A program made the translations under genes and the position numbers. Positions 52,877 through 64,000 of a stretch of 64,000 nt of DNA are shown one piece after another. Location: positions 31,992,001-32,056,000 of the forward strand of contig OZ260667.1 of NCBI GenBank assembly GCA_965285935.1, in the 5' to 3' direction. The notes under the pieces are model-generated. The model saw nothing but the letters and a program-made list of their open reading frames with translations. It was not told where the DNA came from and did no database searches. Numbering within the stretch: position 1 is the stretch's first letter; the number at the start of each line of letters is the position of its first letter. The stretch is from Ophelia neglecta. Taxonomy: Eukaryota.

Positions 52877-55800
52877 ATATTACATTTTTCTGTAATGTTT
52901 GAAAAAAACCTTTATTTTTCCATCGCAACAACGTTTGGGTAAACTAAACCGCTATGAGCAAACATGGTCAACGTCAACTCCAGCGAAGAAAATCAATAAA
53001 ATTAAGGCAATACCGCTAATTATTGTCTTGACATGTGAGCGGGGTTGACCAATCACACTATCCCATCCTTCTTACATACGTAATATAGGTTGATAATGTC
53101 TGTACGCTTTGAGTGGGCCTGGTACTTATGGCACCCAAACGCAAAGTCTAAAGGTAATAAATATTAAATAATAAATCGAATGTTAGTTCATGGTGCATCA
53201 GTTAATTACGGCGAAAAAATGAAAAGCCAAAGGCCAGGAGAGCTTGTATCAATTACCAAGAGAGCTGGATTCCAGGGAGGATTTTAAACTGACTGCATAC
53301 GTTGGGTTGCATGTGGTGCTTCCTGTCATGAAGTCCAACCTGCTTGGGGTAGAAGGCAATGATAGTCTAAATAGAACTTCTTAATAGCTTTAGCAGGAAA
53401 GTAAAATTGCTCAACAATAAAAGCTCCTGTGGTCTACACATCACAACAAGAGGAAGTATCTGTGGGCAGCAAAATGGAGCTTATTTACTGACAAAAGAAG
53501 GGCAGTAAATAAGGATTGCGCAGGGAGATATCTTTCATGAAGCTTATAAATCCATAACAAACAAAAACATTTGAGCACTCAGCCAGCCATTTGTTCATCT
53601 TTGAACTTGACTGTAAGGTGAGTGAGTAGCGTTACTGGGCCATTTCTATCAGTGCCTGAAGACAACAGCGGCAGCGCTCGAGGGCACAACTGCCTCTTAA
53701 TCTATAAACGCCCAATTATTCCGGGGCTTTAACAGTGAAGATGGTTGGTGTATATTTATATCACAGCATCCAACTTACGCGGACGATAATCGAAGGCGTT
53801 ATTACATGGATCAGCAATGCAACAGCTCACCAATATAATATTTATCTGTCGGTAACAACAGGTGGATTGAAGTGCGGGTACATGTCGAGATGAGCAGTTT
53901 GCCTGTAAATCTACAGTATGTCGGCTGTTTTCCGTCTCTCTGTACCACCTTCTTTGTGTTTTGTTTTATTTTACTGTGTTTCGATGGTAAACTCGCCGAG
54001 GTAATGAACCCAGCCAGATGCGGCTCATCCACCGCTCAGCGCGAGTAGCTCCAAAAAAATGACAACTAACAGCGTTCCCTGTGAATAGATGTCCTTGAAT
54101 TATCGCCCTCCAAATACTAAAAAATCAATTCCATGGATTCAAATGAAAAGGATTAAGACTCGATTGTCATTCTCTAGCAACCACTGTATAACCTTCAGAC
54201 ATATCAGGAACGACAACAAGTTAGTTTGATCGTTGTCGGTTGTGCCACCTATAGAAGTGCTTTACTATAGTCCGAAGATAAAGCTTGGTAATTGGTTGTC
54301 TTCGCCGAAGCCAAGCTTTTAATTTGCCGCTGCTGTGTCTGCTTAGCGAAATATCATCTGTCTTTGTCTCTTGGTGGGAATATGTGATCCGTCTTCGAGC
54401 AAGATACGATAAAAGACTTATAGCGTTCATTTTTATTTCAAATATCGACGAGTAACCACGGTGCTAATAGAACTTTCTCGCCTGCTAACTCGAACCCTCA
54501 TCCCTCCATCTACGGGTGCCTATCTTCCGGCCTTTACGTCCTTTTTCATCCGATTCATTGTGGCGCCATTTCCGTTGTCGAGTAGTTTTTCTCGCCTACG
54601 ATAACCACCATCGTCTGCTCCTGTTGGACTTTTTGCGGGTGGCCGTTCCCAGAGACTCCGAGTCCCTTCTGAGCTATTGAATGAGTTTGGTTGAATGGGG
54701 TTAATCTCAGGGCTGTAATCAAGTCAATATCGACTCCTGAGTTGCAAGGTTATAATCACACAAACAGAAATATCAACACCCCTCCTTTATCGCTGCTGCT
54801 ATCTGCACAGTCATATAAAACAATAGGTACAGGCATTGTTCGGAGTGCATTTCTCTGTAACTTTCCTTTCTACCCATTTCCACGACAGTGACCTTCTTAT
54901 TTCTCTACACTCAACAGTATGGTGTTAAATGAGCGTGTGGCTTTCTACAACTGTGCGTTATGAAAAGCCATAAAAAGAAAAATGGCTGTTAGGAAGAGAC
55001 CGAAATGTATGAGCAAATATAAATATGAACTATATTTACCCTGGAAAGAACTTGCCTAAGAGATTATATAAAAATATCCACCATATGATGAAGGGGTATT
55101 GCATCGAAGACATTATGGGCCTACCCACAAACGCCTTCCTCGCTACCCCCCCCCCCCCCCCCCCCCCGACAAAGCAAATTAACCCCCTTGCATTAGAAGT
55201 AAATTAAAGACCGGGCGTCCTTGGTCCCATGTGAAAAACTTATTTTCCAATATAAAATTCGCAATAGTTTTATTATTATATCTCGCAAGTTTTATACCGT
55301 TTAACTCTTGATTTGTGACTCGGTCTGGTAGCGTGCAGCTTGAGTACGTTAAGTATGCCTGCAAGCTACCCGTCCGACCTTCAGCGAAACTGTCGCCAAC
55401 TCCAGGATGTTGGCCAGATGACTGAACCTGTTAACGATAACCCCATCCTTGGAGAGCGTGTAAAGATAACTTAATCAGGGCTGTAGTAGCGTCTGGTGGG
55501 CTCATTTCTATGAGTAAAATAAGACTCAGAAAACTCAGAATATGACGTCTTGCAGCCTGGAATTTTCCTTGTTCAAAATCCCAAAGGTCGGTTCTTAAAT
55601 TTTATGCACACGCTAGCGCGTGCCAGAGGCTGTTTGGAATTAAGATTTATTTAAACAACCTGTGACTGCTCGAGCTGTCGGATAATCACCTAACTGAAAT
55701 TGATAAGGTCGACTCATCAAATTTAGATGATACACTTCATGCCTAAACGTCGCATGTTTCTTTGTTTACATCCGAATTACGGTGATACAAGAAATTGTAC

Positions 55801-58800
55801 TTTATTCCCATATAGCCGCCAATTTAAGCTAGTCGTCTTCGTCAGTTGGGAGCTCTGCTAATATCTGAAATTTCCAAAGTAGACATGGCATCTGCATTAA
55901 TATATTCGGCCTATATATTCATAGTGTACTCAAGGCTCATTAGATCGACTGACACTGAATTCCAAATCGTTTTGACGCAATTATGCTATCAGTGCATCAA
56001 TAATCTTTGTGTTTCATGTAATTGGTCCGTATTTGTAAACCAGAATTCTGCTTAGTGACCACTTTGAACGGGGTATATGATGGGAATATTTCTGATAGCA
56101 GAGAGTAGGCTATGCGGAAAAAATATTAAAGGAAAATCGTGAAAAATAACGTATGGTTTATTTTCATGCAGTACCGCCTTATTCCATCAAAATGTTACTT
56201 ACAGACTTACGAATTTATCCGATTTTACTTTTTACAAAACAATAAGATTAAAGAAAATTGACAATATGATGTCTTTGATAATGTCTTTAATATGATGAAT
56301 GTAATTCTAGCAAATGTCTCATTGTCAGTTTAATATCTAGATTGTCTAGGCCCTAGATAATATGCCTTTCATAAATTTGCGGCCGCTTGATACAGCACAT
56401 GTCTGAGATTCCCAAGCAAATTTATACAAAAATGTGCATCATGCAGGAAACAGTGTCCCTCTCAACAATTAAAAAACATGTCTTGGAATAGGCCTAAATG
56501 AAACGTCAAAATAAGGGTGTGCCTTTGAGGGGCCCATCCTTCGACATGCAAATCACCAGGCACAACGAGCTCCTTCTCTGATATTTTGGAGCATACGAGG
56601 CCTACGGGTAAATATAAAACTGTGATATGCAATATATCACCTGTATTCAATATGCGATAATGATATTTGGAGATAGGCTTATAAACATGTTTTAAAGTGG
56701 ATCTTTTTTTTCCATACACCTCTTCCAAGGAAACATTTGAAGATCTTTTGTTTTCTGTGATCTTGTATAGTTAACCCCAGGATGTGCTTGTGGTGTTGAT
56801 AAAATGAAGGGGCGAGATCACTTTAGTACTCTTAACCGGCGTCAGTTGTGTTTTAGGTTCTTTGTGCGTCTCCAACATCACGTCCTGAGCCCCAAACCAG
56901 AAATGCCATAAATTCGATCTTTGGCACAGAGTCCAACCTTGATAAATGGAAAGAGTATCTTAGATCGAAAACCCTCATGTTTACATATTTTGTTTCCAGT
57001 GTCACTTTTACCCTGGAAACATATATCTAATAATAAAAATAGGCTCAGTTCTTTTAATAAGTGTTTCCACCTTTAGCGTTGCTTGTGATTTCCAACTCAG
57101 ATTGTCCATTGTTGGCCCATAATCTTGGCATTTCAATATACACCGCGTGAAATCCGTTTATAGATTCAGATATAGGCCTAGATTGAGTTTTTGCCAGTGT
57201 TATCTCCACACACTGCACCCTTGATACATCCTTTTTTTACTAAAATCTCTCCCAGCACTACTTCGTGCTCTCGCACGCAAACTTGAAACCAGTGCTCGTG
57301 TTAAATTATTATTTCACAGGCACTTTTGATTTGAAACTGTATATCCAAAATACCTATCACTCCACTTGTAGCAGCCATTTTGAGTTAAGTGGGGTCGAGC
57401 CTTATGCGTTTTTTGTTCTCGGAGTTGGAGGGCATGCACTTACAGAGGTACTGGTTGTGTCGCCTGATGACAATTTAGAAAAGGGTTTTGTTATCTAACA
57501 CTATGACTATTTTACTTTTACCACAGATCTATTTACATCCAACCAAATTCTGGGCTATGAAGCTGTAAGTGGGTGAAAAACAAAATAGTGGTTTATTTAT
57601 TGCAAACTCTTGTTTATTCGTCATCGCTACCCAATAATCTACTCAGCACAATTTTATGGTTTTGCAATTCCCAATCTGCCGCCGCCATTACATTTGGAAA
57701 GTGGAGTCCTTAGGTGAACAACATTCTTTTATTCTTTTAGGAAGCTATGAACACAACTTGGTACAGCCATAAATATCTCACCAATTAACTGATAGACTTA
57801 CAAAAACTTATCTTTATTAGCACAAAGACAATAGGCCCATCATCTTTTAGGTAAAAATTCTTTTCTTACGTCTTTCAGTTGCACGAAGTTAAGGATTCTT
57901 GTTTGAATTGACTGGAGTAAAGCTAGTCTATTTCCTCCTAAATTGTAATTGGGAACATTTCCTTTTCAACATTTTTGCTTTCAAAAAAAGAAATGTTGGG
58001 ACAATATGCCCATGGCCATGTGTATAGCAAAATTCACATTCTTTGAACCCCTCCCTGTCCAGTCCTTTCTGATTCTAAGCCTCTTGTTTTGTCGTATAAA
58101 TATGAATACTAAATCTCATGACTAATTTTACCATAAGATTTAAAGTCGCCCTAGAATGTATTAGGCTTTTGAATTTGGATAACGGCATATATGTGTATGA
58201 AATTGATGTATGTGCTGTAAACACTGAATTTCGAAATTATTATAGCAACACAATTTTGAAAAAACATTGTTCCTACATATAGTTATACAGCTTTTTTGAA
58301 AGTTTGGTACCCCGAACCTTAGAAAATGTGTGTGGCTGTACGATAGGATAATCCATCAGTTTTTGATATATGATGCGTGCCATGTGCAGTGCCCTGCACC
58401 CCCCCCCCCTTCCCCCACCGACAATCATCGGCTCAGCCCCTCCTCGTGTATGGGCCCTTTAGTAATACATAACTACTGGCTTAAGTCGCCCGCCTTAACC
58501 CATAAAACCAAAGTCTTGTGACATCAACTTCTGAATAAACCATCCAATGGTTCTCACTAACCAGATTTTGGGTGTTTTGGAGGATAAGAAAGTCCATGAA
58601 TGATAGAGGGCCTCATTTTCTGGTGTAAACTGTCAATTAATAAGATAATACATATCGGCTATATCCCCAGTGGGTCGAAGTTTGTTAATTGTAAAGTGAA
58701 TTTCCGTGTCTAGAGTCTGTGCCTTGTACAACTACTTTCTATCATTCTGCCATTGCCTGATTCGATTTCCGCGGCTTCCTCGATCCAAGTTCGTTCTGCT

Positions 58801-61800
58801 TTCATATACCGCTTAAGGAAATGCTACCTTTAAGCAACACTACTACCCTGTTGTAGTTTGGTATTTTCGATAACCAACGTGAGTCAGCACTTGAGCCAGT
58901 CCACGTGATCTGGCCGCGAGCCATGGCCCCGGGCCAATATGGCGTTTGTGCATCGAGATGACAGAGAGCTTTTTGGACGAGCCTGACACTGTTAGAAAGC
59001 AATAACAATGTGAACCACAGCAATATGACTGCGCAATTTCTTGATATTGACGCTTGTTCTGCCATTTAGGCAACTGTTCTTCTGCCAAGTTTTCCGAAGC
59101 ATTGAACATATATGTCATGAGCAAGCTTAATCAAACCTTGCTGTGGCTTATTGCACCATGCAGGTATGATTGGCCTCTAGTTGTCCATGATGATTTCCAC
59201 ATTAAAGCCCATTTTCCTTTGGGCCTTAATTCCTTTGGTCAATGATAGTTGTGCAGTGTACTCATACATGAGACCCATCCTTTAAAAAGATGCAAGTGTA
59301 TGTTTTATAGGCGTAGGGCTTTCAATTACTGAGCTTATTTGAAATTCCTAACCAATGCTCTTGGCTTTCATCCGGGGCTTTAATATTTACGTTTTGCAGA
59401 TGTTTGCCAGCTCGGCGTTTGCCTGAAGTGGGCAGGATGTATACCCATAAGATGTTTGATGTGCACTTCATTGCCCATTTAAGAAAAACATACAGTATAA
59501 CACGGTCAACTCAAAAGTCGAAAGCGAATAATAATTAACATTATTTAGAAAACTAACTGTTCAATAAGTTAGGTTCTGTTAGAGAGTGAGGGAAGAGGTA
59601 TTGGAATTAATGTCACGGTGAAGCGAGGTTTGTTATTGTTATTGTTGTGAAGTTCGGCAAAATCATTCCAAAAATCAATAAATGTGATCAAGATCGACTG
59701 GAGGTGCTCCGAACGAAAAACAACTGTGCCGATAGGACTTATTTCCTTAAAAATAAAAAAAATGCCACAGGCGTTTGTTTGTGGCATTTTGTAAGAAAGG
59801 GGGCGGTGTTAGATGTGGAAGGGTGGCGAAAAGGGGTTGTTGAGGGGGTCTGTTGCCGAAGAAGATGGGTTTATTCGGGCGCTTCCCTAAAAATGGTTGT
59901 TGATAGTACCTTTATGACAAAGTTTTAAACACCCTCATATGCAATTGACAAAAAATAGCCCCTTTACACCCACCACTTTCACTTAAAGTTTTATTCTGTA
60001 GCGCAACTTATGTTACATTGATACTAAAACACAAATCATTGGGTTTTAAAACCAATAAGGCTATATTATGCATATATATATGTATTATATAACAATTATG
60101 CATTCAAATCTTACTAAACATAAAACTCCTTTTGTTGAACCAAAAACATATTATAACATTTTATGTTCTTCCATAATTTCTATATCATCTATATTAATCT
60201 TTGTGTCTACTGATGATTAATACTAATTTATATTTCTATGAGTTAAAGACACTAATTGGCTTATTTCTTGGTGATGGGAAGCAGCCTCATCCACAATGGC
60301 TTTTCGCCAGCCCAGGGAGGTATATCGCAAGTACTTTAATTACGTCAAGAATATGCTGGCGGGTTTATCTAGATCAGTCTGGTATTTTATGAGTATATAA
60401 TTGGTAATAAACATATCATATAAAATATTTCTAATAATCATGCAATGTTGCCAGAAACCAATGTATAGAGAGCCGAGCGAGTCTAGGCGTGTAGACGAAA
60501 GGCGACCACACCACGTCTGGTGTCATATTTTATTGTATTGTGCTCCTGTCCGGATATCAGTGATTTTAGATAAAGGTAATTCTTATGCCTTCATATAGTT
60601 AACAGGTACGAAATCGTCGAACCTGAGTCTCCTGTGACTAAAATGGCAGCTAGGAGCGGCGCTACTCCTAACAACAAGAACTCGACTTTTTTGCGGAGTT
60701 TGTTCGATATACAAACATAACATTACTCTCAATTTGTCCCCACCAAAAACTTTAAAAGTTTGTTGGACATGCCTTTATTTATGGGACCATTCGTATGCTA
60801 ATCACGCCTATATTACCCGTCAATATCTTACATTAATGCGTTTTTAAACGCTTATTAATATGTCCAGTTATTTTTGCTGCCGGCTTCTTGAATGTGCGTG
60901 TTGGCTCATCTCTTTAAGTTAATATTAGTCTTCATTTTGCTTACACAGACGACACGACTCGCCTATTTCAAAGACGTGTGTGTCATTTTACCAGGCATGT
61001 ATTGACTAATCCTTAGTCACTGCAGTTTTCACTTCATGTTGATCCATTATCAGACTTAGTTTAGTTGAACATATTTTTTCACTAGTGAGATTTATCAATT
61101 AGGTCTATATTTATGTTATTCTTATTGTTGGCTATATAGTCAACTATGCATAAACAATCTATTGAGCAACCAAGTTTGATCCAACTTTAACCACGTTAAC
61201 CGAATTAACATATAGTTTAACTAATGACTTATTATTATTAATATATAAACATTAAAGTACATGGCACTGATTTTTAATTTAAAGACTTGTTTAGCTAGCA
61301 AAACGTTTTAAAAACGTAATTATCTACACATCAGTCATCAGTTATATGTACTCTTAAGTATGTATCAATTTTAGAATCTGTTTCCTTTACTAAGTTCTAT
61401 CTTACATATATATGTCACAAACCAATGTAAATTTATTGGGGGGTTTTCTCTACGACCACAAACATAGGTCAAGGCCGTACTTGATTACATACGCAACATA
61501 TTAAATTACATTTCCTCACAAGATATGCGTCTTTCATCCCAAGCATCGTTATTAATTTTATTTTAAATTCTTAAATACAAGTATTGTTAAAACCACCTGC
61601 GACATATTCAGTAATTAAGCAGACGGACGCTCTATACATTTATAAGGGTTTTGTGTTGTTTTTATCGTCGTATACTCGCCTCATTTATGGAATGTCGTCA
61701 AAACTGTCTGTCTTCAAGACAACAGCGGGGAAAGAGTAAAAATCAAATGACCAGGTTAATGTATAAAAATGATTTGTTTCATTATATCATGCCAACTTGA

Positions 61801-64000
61801 ACACACAATGTCGCCCAAGCTAGGGTTCAAAATCAGTTAAATCTTGTTGAAGTTAATAAACTGTGAATTGCCTTTCGTGGTAGGCTTGATTGAATTTGCA
61901 AGTTTCTGAAAGCACACAATCTCGATTATAAATGGGTGCTTATGTTCACTAACCGACTAGAGCCGGTTTTGATTAATTAAACCGATTAAGCTTGATTGTA
62001 TTAGTGGCGTACACGATATTTATTCTATAATTAAGTTTCAACATAGCGACTTGGCTACCCCCAGAAGTTTAGTCACAAAGCCTTCGTTCTTGTGGATTAA
62101 ATGTAGCTTCACTAAACTCTGACGCAATGTCACGTGGATGGGTATACATAATAAATCAAAAATATTGAATGATTGCAAGAGGCCCGTGTTTTAGAGATGA
62201 GCAGTTTGACAGTCATTTTTATTGCATGTGCTGGCGCAGTATTATGACTAGGCATTTTTCCCAAGCACAGCCAAAGGCTAAGTACTATTTATTTCATTTT
62301 TTTTCAAGCATCACCTATCGAATAAAATTCCCCCCATCGCAGCATAAATGCACGTGAGCGAACGCACGTAAATATTGTAAGTTTTGTACCTTTTATAGAT
62401 AAGGGTGAATTTAAAACGATACTGCTTTGACATTCAAACGTTTACTGAGTAACACGGTAAATAATGGTAGTCGCATGTAACCAGCTGATATATATAACGT
62501 AAAGTACTTATGTTATTTCGAGCAGCGAAGTAAATAGGTCTATTCCCGCAAGTAAACTTATTTCGTGTACAATTATATACAGACAAATAATATAATGCTT
62601 CTTTAATTCTGGATTAAGTACGCAATAGCGCGCACGGAATAAGCTTATGTACTGCGCTGAATTGAGCGATGCGCGTTTTGTGACGTCACACCTTTGATCA
62701 TACAGTAGGTTCCAAAGCACGAATCTACTGATGACACTAGATTCATCTACTCTCTCACGTTTGTAGGTATGAATATACTGGTATATTGTCTGGCGTACCT
62801 TGCAATGACTGGAGAGGTTAAAGGCATAGAACTCGTAGTAGAACACCGTGTTTGGAGGGGTTTGGAGTATATATACACTTCACTGAAATATGTTCAGTAA
62901 GAGAATGACCTGGTAAACAGACATATTCGTAGTAAATAAATTCCTCCGCCTTTTGATCCACGAATCTACAGTCAATGGTCCATTCTCTACTATAGAACAC
63001 ATCATAAGAGACAACAAACTCCCAAGTAGCTCTCGCCATGGCGATAAATACCTCCTTTATTGAGAGTCACATTGACTTCAATAAATAACCATAATTCATT
63101 TCTTATATATACTGTAGTAACAATAAGATTTATATTGTAGTTCACATCCTTATTCTTTCCATTGGTCTAAATAAATACGTTCTGGGGCTGAGTCATACTA
63201 AAACCTTGAAATATCGCTTTGATTCATAAATGTAATATTTGATTGCTTTAGAAGATAGTGACCAAAAAAAACCCCGTAAAGTTTATACCTTTTTCGTTGA
63301 AATTTCTTGAGTGCTTGATTTTATAAAAAAAAATCTAAACATTTTCCTAGCAGTATTTTGCTATAATATTTGCACAAACCATTGTGGTACCTTCCTGGTG
63401 CATATCATGGAAAACTGTGAGTTAAAAGACTAAAAGTGAACATTGTGATAGGCCTAGGATATTATATTTTGTAATAAACATATATTTTCCAAGACGATTC
63501 ATAATTTTTGGACGCTGAGAGTGTTTATAGTGTTTCATTAAAAAAACACCATAGTAATAACAACGCTATATAGGCCTAGGCCTACTTATAAAATACTTAA
63601 CGCACCGTGGACTTTGAATTGGACGCAATAAACGTTTTTAGGATAATTAGATGAAAATATACCCAAGCAAATTGAACAAAGTTTAACATGCCTTGACTGC
63701 ACACTTTCCTTTCAAGCCTAAATTTTGAAGTGCACTCTTACGAAAATAAGCTGTTTTAAAGCCGTAATCTTCAGAAACATTATCAGGTATAGATACCCTA
63801 TTCCTATGGTCAACTTATATTCTTTTGGCCGTTGCGTAAATGTTAGTGAACCACGCAGATACGGAAATTAAGGAGGTCTATGTATTGGTTCATGTTTTGA
63901 TCAAGTTTAACATCCGGTTATAAATGTACTACCCGACACATCCTTACTTTAATTCTCGATGGTGTTCACTTGTCCCCTTGCCACGTCTGAAATCTAGTCT

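Noticed and set aside
59399-59482. Plus-strand EGF-like peptide DVCQLGVCLKWAGCIP after a ttttgcag acceptor
   Set aside because: Cysteine spacing breaks down after the third Cys, early stop, no partner exons

Overview
AT-rich animal genomic DNA, probably lophotrochozoan/mollusc-like (inferred from repeat types and mosaic CpG depletion). The main feature is the 5' half of a minus-strand adenylyl cyclase-associated protein gene (CAP/Srv2). It has a CpG-rich promoter and putative non-coding first exon near 44.7 kb, then seven phase-compatible GT-AG coding exons (40498-40390, 32904-32801, 32540-32463, 32012-31959, 31597-31508, 29540-29455, 25657-25552). These total 627 nt (209 aa) and encode the RLE oligomerisation motif and the whole helical folded domain. 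I found no polyproline, WH2 or CARP exons in 1-25551, so they probably lie beyond the left edge after an intron of more than 25 kb. The most interesting signal is an apparent N-terminal isoform switch. It consists of (i) an in-frame upstream ATG adding an 83-aa Cys-Cys/polybasic extension, with a 3-codon uORF ending 10 nt before it, and (ii) a 136-codon alternative exon (33970-33562) that can splice in phase to the second coding exon and would replace the RLE motif. The introns hold a Helentron-type HINE with internal tandem arrays, a TA-flanked MITE inserted in a 41-bp minisatellite, and other minisatellites. The right-hand 20 kb is not CpG-depleted and has only weak exon candidates.
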